DNA of 64,000 nt from Geobacteraceae bacterium (GTDB taxonomy: Bacteria; Desulfobacterota; Desulfuromonadia; Geobacterales; Pseudopelobacteraceae), in assembly GCA_021286935.1 (NCBI GenBank), contig JAJTBI010000003.1, positions 13,857-77,856 on the forward strand, written 5' to 3'. Position numbers and translations under genes: made by a program. Within the stretch, counting starts at the first letter, position 1. Each line of letters opens with the position of its first letter. Below, one piece after another: positions 35,920-45,665 of the stretch. The notes under the pieces are model-generated. The model saw only the letters and a list, made by a program, of their open reading frames with translations. It was not told the origin of the DNA and searched no databases.

Positions 35920-38738
35920 GACCAGCGGTATTACGAACAGCCGCTGTTGTGGCACTAGCAGTCCAGATGACGGCAGGGGCCAGCGCGGCATCTGCACAGT
36001 CACTCCCTGAAATCAGGGCGGTGTTTGAACAGGAACTGTTTGAACTGGCCCACACGGTCTTTCTGGCTAATGCCAATCTGAAGGAGGCGCTTGCCGTAGC
36101 CCAGCGGGCAGTCAAGGCCCGTCCGGCAGATAAAGTCTGGCGTAAAAAGGCTGCCCAGACTGCCGAGTGGGCGAGCCGCCCGGATATAGCCCTTGAAAAC
36201 TGGTTTTACCTTGCCGAACGTGGTGAGCAAGAGGGAGAACAGGCGGTCCTGCGCCTGTCCCGAGCGTTACAGGAGTTCCCGCTGCGGATGCAGTTGCTGG
36301 AACAGATGATGACCCGGCAGGCCGCGACACCTGAACTGCTGAAGGAGTACCTGTTTGTGGCTGAAGGTATGGGGATGCCGCAACGGGCCTATGACCTGTT
36401 TGCCTCAGGCCGGATTCAGGGAGGTGATTCAGTCTGGCTGTTGACCGAACAGGCCCGGCTTGCCGAACAGTTGGGACGGCCTGCTGATGCGATCAGTGCA
36501 TGGCAAAAACGTGCTGCTTTGAAGCCGCTTGAGGCAGTGGAATCGCTTCGGCTGGCATCACTCTGGTACGCACGGGGAGAGGTTCTTCAGGCGTGGCAGA
36601 CGTTGCAGGCAGGAGAACCTACGGCTGCTGCCGACGTCACTCCCTTCTGGCGTACCTATGCCGATCTGGCCTGGACGCTGCAAAAGACACGGGAATCGGT
36701 AAAAGCGTCCGATCTGATGATTAGAAACGGGACGGCCACAGAGGCTGATTACCAGCGGATGCTGGAGCTGTATAGTGAGTCTGACCCTCAGCGGGCGTAT
36801 GGCTATGCGCTGCGGGGGTGGAAACAGTTGCATAATCCCCTTTTCTGGTATGCCATGACTGATGCCGGGCTGCGCAGCGGTAAGGCGCGGGAGTTGGCTG
36901 AACTGCTAAAGATGATGGGTGCCGACGAACGTGCCGGCTTGGCCCATGATGCCCGGGCCTGGATGGCCATTGCCCAGGTCTACCGTGCGACCGGTAATCA
37001 GGGCGGCAGTCTGCTTGCCGCCAGGGTGGCAGCCCGGCTTGCGCCATCGGACCCGGAACTGATTTCAGCCTATCTCTGGTTGTTGGTGGATATGAAACAG
37101 GCTGCAGAGCTGCGTCCCCTGGTACGGGATTGGGAGCGCCGTATCACTGCAATGCCCGAGCTGCAGGAACCGCTGGCAGCGGCCATGATGTTGCTTGGGG
37201 ATACGCAACGGGCCCTGCGGCAGTACCGTGCCATGTTGCAGCAGCGTCAAGGGGATCCGGCCTGGCTTGCAACCTTTGCTGACGCACTGGAACAGGCAGG
37301 GGATATTGAGAGTGCCTGGAAGGTTCGTCGACGGACGCTGCTGCTGGTGCAGCAAGGGCTGAAAAAGAGGTCGTCCGGGGAGGAGTACCGGGCCGCCTTG
37401 TTGACCCAGTCGCAACTCCTGTTGCACCTTGCCCCGGGAGATGCCCTTTCGGCCCGTATCAGACAGGTGGCGGCTGGCAGTCAGGATGATTTTGGCAAAG
37501 AGTTGGTGCTGGGGTGGGCCATGACCACCGGCCAGACCGATCTGGCCCGGCTCTGGTACTGGCGGCATTTTGCCCGGGCAGTACAGCGTCCGGAATGGGC
37601 CCGGCTGGGGCTGGCCCTTGAAGAGAACGACCGCAGCCTGATGGCTGAGCTGCTTGACACCAAGCTGGAACAGTTGCCTTACCGTGATGCGGTTGAAGCG
37701 GCCCAGCGATCCGGGATGATTCCGCTGGCGCAGGAACATGCCTGGCAGCGTTTGCAACTGAATCGTGAGGACTACCTGCTGGATGCGCAGGTGCGTCAAC
37801 TGTTTACAGAACGTCCCGGTTTTGTTGCCAGCAGCGTGAAGCTGCAGGATCAGTCCGGCGTCGGTTCTGCGGAGTCGCGTGTATCGGTATCACAACCACT
37901 TACCGGTCGTTACAGTTTGATGGCGGAGATGACGGAACGACAGTTCAGCCTATTGAAGAGCGATGTCTTGAGGAACCTGCCGGATCATGATCTGGGCGGC
38001 GGCCTGACCGTAACCCGGCGACATGAAGGAGGGGAGCTGGCTTTTTCGCTGGGTGCGCGGGATGGCGGACTGGATCGCTTCTTCACGGCAACTCTGGAGG
38101 GCCGGTGGCAACTCCGATATGATCTGCAACTTGAGGCAGGTGTAGAGTTAAATGCCAGGGCTGATGAAACAGCGGCTCTTTCTGTCGGAGGGGTGCGTGA
38201 CCGCTTGAAGTTGCTGGCCGTTGCCACCCTGACCCAGCAAGACAGCGTAGCGCTTGAGCTCGCTGCAGCCCGCTACCATGACCAGTCACGCGGTTACCTG
38301 GGGCAGGGGCAGTCAGTGGGAATTGATCTGCGACACCAGTTTACCCGGGCCTGGCCAGACTACGGCGTGCGTCTGTATGGCGGCTACAGTTGGTACCGTT
38401 CTGACGGCTCGGTTGGGACAAAACTGGCGGCACTGGTGCCGGAAGATACGGATGTTGCTGCATCATTTTTTGTGCCGCAAAGTTTTGGGCATCTGGGACT
38501 GGGGCTGTTTCTTGGACAGACCTGGAAGAGCGGGTACACACGGGATTGGAAGCCGTTTGCCGAGGCGAATGTTGACTGGAACAGCAATTCAGATTTCGGC
38601 TTTAATTACAGTCTTGGACTGGTGGGGCCGCTCTTCGGTCTGGACCAGTTGATGCTGGAACTGACCCAGAGCAGCGGTGAGTTTGGCGTCAGCGATCTGA
38701 CGACCATTATCGGCGTCAATTATCGATATCTGTTCTGA
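35916..38738 (+). CDS. pelB: Pel export TPR plus beta-barrel protein (PelB part 2)
   Basis: Own signal peptide, TPR region, C-terminal beta-strands ending NYRYLF; lies between pelA and pelC. Confidence 0.85.
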   Translation: MRPAVLRTAAVVALAVQMTAGASAASAQSLPEIRAVFEQELFELAHTVFLANANLKEALAVAQRAVKARPADKVWRKKAAQTAEWASRPDIALENWFYLAERGEQEGEQAVLRLSRALQEFPLRMQLLEQMMTRQAATPELLKEYLFVAEGMGMPQRAYDLFASGRIQGGDSVWLLTEQARLAEQLGRPADAISAWQKRAALKPLEAVESLRLASLWYARGEVLQAWQTLQAGEPTAAADVTPFWRTYADLAWTLQKTRESVKASDLMIRNGTATEADYQRMLELYSESDPQRAYGYALRGWKQLHNPLFWYAMTDAGLRSGKARELAELLKMMGADERAGLAHDARAWMAIAQVYRATGNQGGSLLAARVAARLAPSDPELISAYLWLLVDMKQAAELRPLVRDWERRITAMPELQEPLAAAMMLLGDTQRALRQYRAMLQQRQGDPAWLATFADALEQAGDIESAWKVRRRTLLLVQQGLKKRSSGEEYRAALLTQSQLLLHLAPGDALSARIRQVAAGSQDDFGKELVLGWAMTTGQTDLARLWYWRHFARAVQRPEWARLGLALEENDRSLMAELLDTKLEQLPYRDAVEAAQRSGMIPLAQEHAWQRLQLNREDYLLDAQVRQLFTERPGFVASSVKLQDQSGVGSAESRVSVSQPLTGRYSLMAEMTERQFSLLKSDVLRNLPDHDLGGGLTVTRRHEGGELAFSLGARDGGLDRFFTATLEGRWQLRYDLQLEAGVELNARADETAALSVGGVRDRLKLLAVATLTQQDSVALELAAARYHDQSRGYLGQGQSVGIDLRHQFTRAWPDYGVRLYGGYSWYRSDGSVGTKLAALVPEDTDVAASFFVPQSFGHLGLGLFLGQTWKSGYTRDWKPFAEANVDWNSNSDFGFNYSLGLVGPLFGLDQLMLELTQSSGEFGVSDLTTIIGVNYRYLF

Positions 38739-38852
38739 TTCCAACTCAAGGCGGTATCTTCGTTGGCTCGTCATCGGCTCCTCAACGTACTGTGTGTACG
38801 CCTGCGTCGCCGAGTTCCTCGCCGCCTTGATCTCATCCTTGATTTGGAATCA
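38736..38852. repeat. ~120 bp palindromic REP/MITE-like element, copy 2 (inside the pel operon)
   Basis: TGATTCCAACTCAAGG...CCTTGATTTGGAATCA inverted ends; highly similar to 16950-17073. Confidence 0.85.
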
Positions 38853-38887
38853 AGAGTGCTCTAACAGCAATAACGAAGGAGGAATCC

Positions 38888-39409
38888 ATGAAACAACTAC
38901 TGCTACTGGTTGCCGGTCTGATATTGCTGGCCGGTTGTTCAACACTGCACCAGGGGATGCGTGAGGCGGTGCCGCAAGCTGAGACCTGGGCCGTGCTGCC
39001 GTTTGTAAACAATACCGAGACCCCCTTTGCCGCCGAGCGTGCAGAGGCGATCACCACGGCACTGTTGTATGCCCGGGGGATACAGCGGGTGGTGACGGCC
39101 CCCCTTGATGCTGCTGCAGATGCCGAAGCTCTGCCGGATCGCGGCTTGAAGAGACGCGAGGCAGGGATGGAGTGGGCAAAGAAACAGAATATCCGCTATG
39201 CCCTGGTTGGGACGGTGACGGAGTGGCGTTACAAGGTGGGGCTGGATGGAGAACCGGTGGCCGGTATGACGCTGCAGTTGCTTGATCTGCAGGATGGCAA
39301 GGTGCTCTGGTCCGGCAGTGCCGGAAAGAGCGGCTGGAGCCGTGAGGCGGTCAGCGCCGTGGCTCAGCAGGTGCTTGGGCAGTTGGTAAGCACCATCGTC
39401 CTGCGCTAG
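38888..39409 (+). CDS. pelC: Pel outer-membrane lipoprotein
   Basis: LAGC lipobox, WAVLPF, EWRYKVGLDGEP motif. Confidence 0.93.
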   Translation: MKQLLLLVAGLILLAGCSTLHQGMREAVPQAETWAVLPFVNNTETPFAAERAEAITTALLYARGIQRVVTAPLDAAADAEALPDRGLKRREAGMEWAKKQNIRYALVGTVTEWRYKVGLDGEPVAGMTLQLLDLQDGKVLWSGSAGKSGWSREAVSAVAQQVLGQLVSTIVLR

Positions 39410-39410
39410 C

Positions 39411-40733
39411 ATGAGCGGCTGGTCCGGCATACTGGTTCGCTTTCCCAGGCTGACGCTCTGGCTGGAAACGGCAGCCCTGACTCTGCTGCTACCGCTTGCC
39501 GGGTTCCTCTTGAACCGGGACGATCCGTTTTTTATCAAGGCGGAATTCCCCTGGCTCTGGTTCGGTCCGTTGCTGGTGGCGTTGCGTTACGGCATTGCAC
39601 CGGCCCTGACGTCGGTAGCCCTGGTTGCCCTGTTCTGGTTCGGAGCCGTAGCGTTGGGGCTGGTTGCCGGTGCGTTCCCATTGCACTTTATGCTGGGCGG
39701 TGCCTTGCTGGCCTTGCTGGCCGGGCAGTTCAGCTCTTCATGGGCAACACGACTCAGGCGTTCAGACCAGCTTTCACGCCATGCCTCGGAACGGTTTCAG
39801 CAGCTCTCTCGAGCCTACTTTATGGTCCGCCATTCCCATGACCGGCTTGAACAAAACCTGGTCAGCCGACCGGTTACATTACGGCAGGCCATGATGGAGC
39901 TACGCCGTATCCTGGTGGAACGTGGCGGCGAGGTTGGATCTGAGCTTGCCACAGAGCTGATGGTGATCCTGGCCCACTACTGCTCTCTCTCAAGTGCGGC
40001 GATCTACGCCGTTCAGCAGGGAAGGCCTGCAACGGTGCCGTTGGCGCAGTGCGGTCAGGGTGCGGTCTGCGATCCTGATGATCTGCTGGTCCGTTCCGCC
40101 CTCGAATCGGGCACCACCGCCTATCAGGCTGCCAATCGGCTTGGCCGCAGTCAGCAGAGTAGCTATCTGGTGGTTGCACCGCTCTGCACCAGCAGTGGAC
40201 GGGTACTTGGGCTGGTACTGGTCAGCGATATGCCTTTTATGGCGCTGCACCGAGAAACTTTGCAAATTCTGGGGGTCCTGCTGGCCTATGCTGCCGACCA
40301 TATCGAGGCAGTTGAGATAGCCGGAAACCTGATTACGATCTATCCAGACTGCCCCACTGTTTTTGGTGCAGAACTGGTCAAGATGACGCACCTGAAGCGG
40401 GATCTTGATGTCGTCAGTACCCTGGTGGTAATCAGCCTGCACCCTGGACCCCGCCTTGAGGAACTTTGCCTGATTCTGGAACGGCAGCAGCGTGGCCTGG
40501 ACCATGGCTGGCGGCGTGAGCTGGGCTGGGGGGTGCAGTTTGTGACTCTGATGCCGTTTTCGGGTCCTGCAGCCCTGGAGGGGTATCAGGCCCGTCTGAA
40601 TGAGGTGTTAAAGAGCCAATTGAAGATGACCCTGCAAAGCTCCGGTATCTCATTGCGGTATGCAATGATTTCCGGTGACGAGCCGGCGGTGCAGTTGGCA
40701 AACCTGTTGACGGAGGAGCCATGGGCAGCTTGA
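39411..40733 (+). CDS. pelD: Pel c-di-GMP receptor
   Basis: Four TM helices, GAF, degenerate GGDEF carrying RGLD (RxxD). Confidence 0.9.
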   Translation: MSGWSGILVRFPRLTLWLETAALTLLLPLAGFLLNRDDPFFIKAEFPWLWFGPLLVALRYGIAPALTSVALVALFWFGAVALGLVAGAFPLHFMLGGALLALLAGQFSSSWATRLRRSDQLSRHASERFQQLSRAYFMVRHSHDRLEQNLVSRPVTLRQAMMELRRILVERGGEVGSELATELMVILAHYCSLSSAAIYAVQQGRPATVPLAQCGQGAVCDPDDLLVRSALESGTTAYQAANRLGRSQQSSYLVVAPLCTSSGRVLGLVLVSDMPFMALHRETLQILGVLLAYAADHIEAVEIAGNLITIYPDCPTVFGAELVKMTHLKRDLDVVSTLVVISLHPGPRLEELCLILERQQRGLDHGWRRELGWGVQFVTLMPFSGPAALEGYQARLNEVLKSQLKMTLQSSGISLRYAMISGDEPAVQLANLLTEEPWAA

Positions 40734-41716
40734 AGCTACTCATCTACGCACTGTTGAGTGAACAGTCTGCGCTGCTGGCCATCTTCGGACCGCATCCGGT
40801 CTGGCAACGGGTGCTGCTGTTTTTGACCGGCCACCTGATCGCCTCGTCGCTTTTTGCATTGTTGTTGACCGTCAGTTTTCCCAAGCAGTTTGTTGGTCTG
40901 CGCCGTGGGGTGTTGGGACTTTTTTTCTGCCTTAATTTTTTTATACCGGCCTTTGGTGCCATCGGTACACTCTTGATCCTGCTCTATTTCAGGCGGTATC
41001 TGAACAGCAAGGAACGGGCCGAGTTTTCCAATGTACCGCTCCCCCCCTTTATGCCCGAATCTGCGGATCTGGGAGCCGGAATGGGAGAAGGGGGGGCCTG
41101 GTCCCGGTTGCGTACCATGAGCCTGCCCCGCGAACAGCGGCTCAAGGCGCTATTGTCAGTGGGAAGCAGTAGCGGCCATAACTTCAGCCGCCTGCTGCAG
41201 CATGCCACCGGTGACAGTGATGACGAGATCAGGTTGCTGGCCTTTAACCTCCATGAACGCCAGGAACAGAAGATTCAGCAGGCAATTACTGCGTCGCTCA
41301 GTCAGCTGGAAACGGCTGAAACACCGCAGCTCAAGGCATCGGTCTGTCGCAATCTGGCCTTTTCCTACTGGGAGATGGTCTACAGCGCACTGGCGCAGGA
41401 TGATCTGCGGGAGTTCTTTGTCGAACAGGCTGCCAAATACGCCGGGCAGGCGTTACAACTGGGGGGGCAGGATCCGGTACTGCTGATTTTGATGGCACGG
41501 ATTCAGTTGCAAAAGCGCAGGTACTACGAAGCCTCCAGAATCCTTGAAGAGGCCCAGGCTGCCGGTGCGGATTCGCTTAAACTGTTGCCCTACCAGGCAG
41601 AGCTGGCGTTTCATGCCCGTGATTTTACAACGGTACGTCGTCTGCTTCAGCAGGATCGTACCATCCGTTTCAGGCCTGGTATCGGTCCGGTGGCGCAGTT
41701 CTGGGGGGTGCGTTAA
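40721..41716 (+). CDS. pelE: Pel inner-membrane TPR protein
   Basis: Two TM helices, DDEIRLLAF motif, C-terminal TPR. Confidence 0.85.
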   Translation: MGSLKLLIYALLSEQSALLAIFGPHPVWQRVLLFLTGHLIASSLFALLLTVSFPKQFVGLRRGVLGLFFCLNFFIPAFGAIGTLLILLYFRRYLNSKERAEFSNVPLPPFMPESADLGAGMGEGGAWSRLRTMSLPREQRLKALLSVGSSSGHNFSRLLQHATGDSDDEIRLLAFNLHERQEQKIQQAITASLSQLETAETPQLKASVCRNLAFSYWEMVYSALAQDDLREFFVEQAAKYAGQALQLGGQDPVLLILMARIQLQKRRYYEASRILEEAQAAGADSLKLLPYQAELAFHARDFTTVRRLLQQDRTIRFRPGIGPVAQFWGVR

Positions 41717-43230
41717 TGGCTGACACACTGCCCAGAGCGGAGCGGGTTGATATCATGCTGCTACTGGAAGGGACCTTTCCCTATGTCAGCGGCGGGGTTT
41801 CCAGTTGGGTCAACCAGATCATCAAAGGCTTTCCGGAGCTGACCTTCGGAGCGGTGTTTATCGGCAGCAAGGCAGACGAATATGGCGAAATGAAGTATGA
41901 GTTGCCCTCCAACCTGAAGCATCTGCAAGTGCATTATCTGCACGATGAGCATACAACGCCGCCGGTGGCTCCCTGCGCCGGAGATCCCCAGGGGTTTGAA
42001 ATCCTGCGGCGATTGCACGGTTGGTTTAATGACCCTCATCCGGATGGTCTGCCTGCCGAACTGAAGCAGGCCTCCTTTTACCTGAAGGATAAGGGGGGGG
42101 TGGATTATGCCCAGTTCCTGTATGCCGACCGCTCCTGGGAGTATATCTGCGCCTTGTACAGCGAACGCTGCAGCGATCCTTCCTTTGTGGATTACTTCTG
42201 GACCGTGCGCAACATGCATGCCCCGATCTGGCAGCTGGCCGCCATAGCCGGTAGTCTGATTCCGGCCCGGGTCTACCATACCGTATCCACCGGTTATGCC
42301 GGTTTTCTTGGTGGTCTGCTGCATCATCACAGCGGTCGTCCGCTGATTCTGTCGGAACATGGCATCTACACCAAGGAACGACGGATCGATATCTTCAATA
42401 ATGAGTGGATTCAGGATAACCGGAATGCCCTGCAGCGGGATCCGACCGAGATCAGCTATTTCAGGGATCTCTGGATCCGCTTTTTTGAAACGCTGGGCCG
42501 TTTCTGCTACGACGCATCAGGCCGGATTGTCTCGCTGTTTGAAGGGGTGCGTCAACGCCAGATCAGTGACGGGGCCCAGCCGGAAAAGATCAGCGTTGTT
42601 CCCAATGGCATAGATGTGGCCCGCTTTGCGCCGTTGCGCAGCACCCGGCCCGCTGATCCCCCCATGATCATAGCGCTGTTGGGCAGGGTGGTACCGATTA
42701 AGGATGTCAAGACCTACATCCGGGCGATACGTGTACTGGTGAGTCATATCCCTGAGCTTGAGGGGTGGGTGGTGGGGCCGGACGGAGAAGATCCGGCATA
42801 CGCGGCAGAATGTCGTGCCCTGGCCCAGAGCCTTGAGATCGGTGACCGGGTGCGCTTTACCGGCTTTATGAATCCAGTGGATCTGTTTCCACAGATAGGC
42901 CTGTTGGTGCTTTCCTCCATCAGTGAGGGCCTTCCTTTGGTGGCGCTGGAAGGGTTTGCCGCCGGTGTTCCGCTGGTCTCCACTGATGTTGGCTCATGTC
43001 GTCAGCTTGTGGAAGGAGTAGGTGAAGAAGACCAGGCATTGGGGGTGGCGGGTGCCATTGTGCCGATTAATAATCCCCAGGCTTTGGCAATGGCCTGCCG
43101 CGGGCTACTGCAGGACCGGACGGCATGGGATCGGGCCAGCCAATCGGCGATTAACCGCGTTGAAACCTTGTACACCCAGCAGCAGATGTTTGCCCGGTAT
43201 CGGGAACTGTATCAGGAGGCGTTGGGCTAA
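41716..43230 (+). CDS. pelF: Pel GT4 glycosyltransferase
   Basis: LLEGTFPYVSGGVSSW, STGYAG, EHGIY and the EX7E motif EGLPLVALE. Confidence 0.95.
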   Translation: MADTLPRAERVDIMLLLEGTFPYVSGGVSSWVNQIIKGFPELTFGAVFIGSKADEYGEMKYELPSNLKHLQVHYLHDEHTTPPVAPCAGDPQGFEILRRLHGWFNDPHPDGLPAELKQASFYLKDKGGVDYAQFLYADRSWEYICALYSERCSDPSFVDYFWTVRNMHAPIWQLAAIAGSLIPARVYHTVSTGYAGFLGGLLHHHSGRPLILSEHGIYTKERRIDIFNNEWIQDNRNALQRDPTEISYFRDLWIRFFETLGRFCYDASGRIVSLFEGVRQRQISDGAQPEKISVVPNGIDVARFAPLRSTRPADPPMIIALLGRVVPIKDVKTYIRAIRVLVSHIPELEGWVVGPDGEDPAYAAECRALAQSLEIGDRVRFTGFMNPVDLFPQIGLLVLSSISEGLPLVALEGFAAGVPLVSTDVGSCRQLVEGVGEEDQALGVAGAIVPINNPQALAMACRGLLQDRTAWDRASQSAINRVETLYTQQQMFARYRELYQEALG

Positions 43231-44600
43231 TGGCCGGTATCGGATTTGAACTGCGTAAACTGATGAAGGGGGACAGCTACAGCTCGCTGCTGTTGGCCTA
43301 CGCCTATGCCGGTATCATCAGCTCCGGCCCCTGGATACTCTCAATTATCGCAGTCTTGCTGATCGGTGTTATCTCTTTGCCGGTGGTCATACCGGCAATG
43401 CTGGTTTCCAAGTTCCAGACCGTGGTTACCTATCTGATCGCCTTCAGTCTGATCCTGACCGGCCTGGTGCAGCTCTCCTTTACCCGCTACTCTGCAGACC
43501 GGATCTTTGAAAAGGAACACTTCCGCCTGCTGCCCAACCTGAACGGCCTGCTACTGGCGGTGATCGCGGTTAGCGGCGTTCTTTCCTATCCGATTGGCCT
43601 GCTGGCCTTTCCTCAGCAAAGCCTTTTTTTCAGACTGCTGTTTGCCGCGACCTTTGTGGTGCTCTGCTGTGTCTGGGTCACTGCCATCCTGTTGTCAGGC
43701 CTGAAGGCCTACAAGGCAATCCTGACTAACTTTGCTCTGGGCTACGGCTCTGCCCTGCTGTTCGCCTTTCTGATGCGGCACGGCAACCTGGAAGGATTAC
43801 TTTTGGCCTTTCTGGCCGGTCAGTTCATTCTGCTGCTGGGGATGTTCTGGGTTGTCTTTCGCGGCTATCCTTCACGGACGTTTATTGAGTTTGACTTTAT
43901 GGGACGGGGCAGAATGTACCGTTCCCTGATGCTGACCGGCCTGTTTTACAACCTGGGAATCTGGATGGATAAGCTGATTTTCTGGTTCCATCCGGTCACC
44001 GGCTCTGATGTCATCGGCCCCCTGCGGGCCTCGCTGGTCTACGACCTGCCGGTTTTTCTGGCCTATCTGGCGATCATACCCGGTATGGCGGTCTTTCTGG
44101 TGCGGATCGAAACTGACTTTGTAGAGTATTATGATCGTTTTTACGATGCGGTGCGTGAAGGTGGCTCCCTTGCCTATATCCAGGAGATGAAGGATGAGAT
44201 GGTACGGGTGGCTCGGGAAGGCCTGTACGACATTATCAAAATACAAGCTATTACCACCATTATCGTGATTGTGGCAGGACGACAACTGCTGCACTGGGCC
44301 CGTATCTCTGAAATCCACCTGCCGCTGCTCTCAATTCAGGTGGTGGCAACCGGTTTCCAGGTGGTGTTGCTGGGGCTGCTGAATATCTTTTTCTATCTGG
44401 ATAAGCGGAATCGGGTTTTACTGCTGACGGCACTGTTTACCGTGCTTAACCTTGCTCTGACTCTGCTTTCGATCTGGATGGGGCCGTACTATTATGGTTA
44501 CGGGTTTGCCCTGGCCCTGATGATTACCATTGCCATCGGTATGGCCCTGCTGGACTATGACCTGGGGAAACTGGAGTATGAGACCTTCATGCTGCAGTAG
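43230..44600 (+). CDS. pelG: Pel polysaccharide export membrane protein
   Basis: MAGIGFELRKL N-terminus, SSGPW, WMDKLIFW, about 12 TM helices. Confidence 0.95.
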   Translation: MAGIGFELRKLMKGDSYSSLLLAYAYAGIISSGPWILSIIAVLLIGVISLPVVIPAMLVSKFQTVVTYLIAFSLILTGLVQLSFTRYSADRIFEKEHFRLLPNLNGLLLAVIAVSGVLSYPIGLLAFPQQSLFFRLLFAATFVVLCCVWVTAILLSGLKAYKAILTNFALGYGSALLFAFLMRHGNLEGLLLAFLAGQFILLLGMFWVVFRGYPSRTFIEFDFMGRGRMYRSLMLTGLFYNLGIWMDKLIFWFHPVTGSDVIGPLRASLVYDLPVFLAYLAIIPGMAVFLVRIETDFVEYYDRFYDAVREGGSLAYIQEMKDEMVRVAREGLYDIIKIQAITTIIVIVAGRQLLHWARISEIHLPLLSIQVVATGFQVVLLGLLNIFFYLDKRNRVLLLTALFTVLNLALTLLSIWMGPYYYGYGFALALMITIAIGMALLDYDLGKLEYETFMLQ

Positions 44601-44710
44601 CTTTCATGTTTTTGGTGTAGAACGGATTTGTTGTATTTCGTCAGATTTGGTCGCTTGTCCGGTTACTGCAGTTGTTTGATAGTGTTACTAAAACTAAGGA
44701 CGTTATCCCT

Positions 44711-45619
44711 ATGCGTGATCATCTTCTCACAATCCTGCAACATCTTCCTTCAGCAGCACTTCTGGTTAATGGCAAGGGAATGATACTGCGGGTAAATCAG
44801 GCGGCAGAACAGCTCTTTGGCTACGGGCCGGGCTGTTTGGATAACCAGTCGCTTGATCTGTTGGTCCCTAAAGACCGACGGGAACTGCATGCTGAACTGC
44901 TCTATGATTTTTACAAAAATCCTTCTGTGTGTCCTAGAGGAACCGGTCTGCCACGTCATGGTTTGCGTCAGGATGGCAGTCTGGTTCCTGTAGATATTGC
45001 GCTTGCTCCGGTCCATTGGGGTGAAGAGGTTCTGTTTCTTGCCTCGCTCTATGACCTTACTCTCCATAAACAGACAGAGCTTGAGCTGCGTCAGGTTAAT
45101 CGCTCCTTGCGCTTCCAGAGCAAAGTTAATCGGGCTGTTGCCCATGTGCGTGATGAGCTGACCCTGCTTCAGGAGGTCTGTCAGGCTGCCGTGGAGGCGG
45201 GTAACTACCGTATGGCCTGGGTCGGCGTTGCAGAGCATGACAGTGACAAAAAGATTCGTCCGGTGGCATTCCATGGATTCAATAACGGTTTTATTGAAAA
45301 ATTGAATATTACTTGGGGTGAAACCGGGAATAACCTGACTGCTATGGGAGAGGCCATCAGGTCAGGCCAGCCGATCGTGCGCAATAATATTCTGGGTGAC
45401 CCCCAGATGTCTCCCTGTCGAGCTGATGCAAAACAGCGGGGGTACCAATCGGTTATTGCTCTGCCGTTGAAAGTTCAGGATACGGTTTGGGGAGCGATGG
45501 CACTGTTTGCGCCTGAGCATGCGGCATTTACTCCACAGGAATGCAAAGTGCTGACAGAGCTTGCAGAAGATCTGTGCTATGGCATACGGGCCTGCTCTCA
45601 GGTCAGCGTCCAGGAATAG
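44711..45619 (+). CDS. PAS-GAF protein with no output domain
   Basis: PAS (NQAAEQLFGY...GLRQDGSLVPVDI) and GAF (YRMAWVG...SVIALPL), then a stop. Confidence 0.75.
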   Translation: MRDHLLTILQHLPSAALLVNGKGMILRVNQAAEQLFGYGPGCLDNQSLDLLVPKDRRELHAELLYDFYKNPSVCPRGTGLPRHGLRQDGSLVPVDIALAPVHWGEEVLFLASLYDLTLHKQTELELRQVNRSLRFQSKVNRAVAHVRDELTLLQEVCQAAVEAGNYRMAWVGVAEHDSDKKIRPVAFHGFNNGFIEKLNITWGETGNNLTAMGEAIRSGQPIVRNNILGDPQMSPCRADAKQRGYQSVIALPLKVQDTVWGAMALFAPEHAAFTPQECKVLTELAEDLCYGIRACSQVSVQE

Positions 45620-45665
45620 GCTGATCTGCATATGAACACGATCTGTCGTCTGTTGAGGAGTAGCT

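Noticed and set aside
12823-38852. CRISPR array or autonomous IS suggested by the palindromic repeats
   Set aside because: The copies are isolated and kilobases apart, with no spacers, cas genes or transposase ORF.
41081-42100. G7-G8 homopolymer tracts in pelE and pelF as phase-variation switches
   Set aside because: They are short, in frame and encode Gly runs; read-level length variation would be needed to support the idea.
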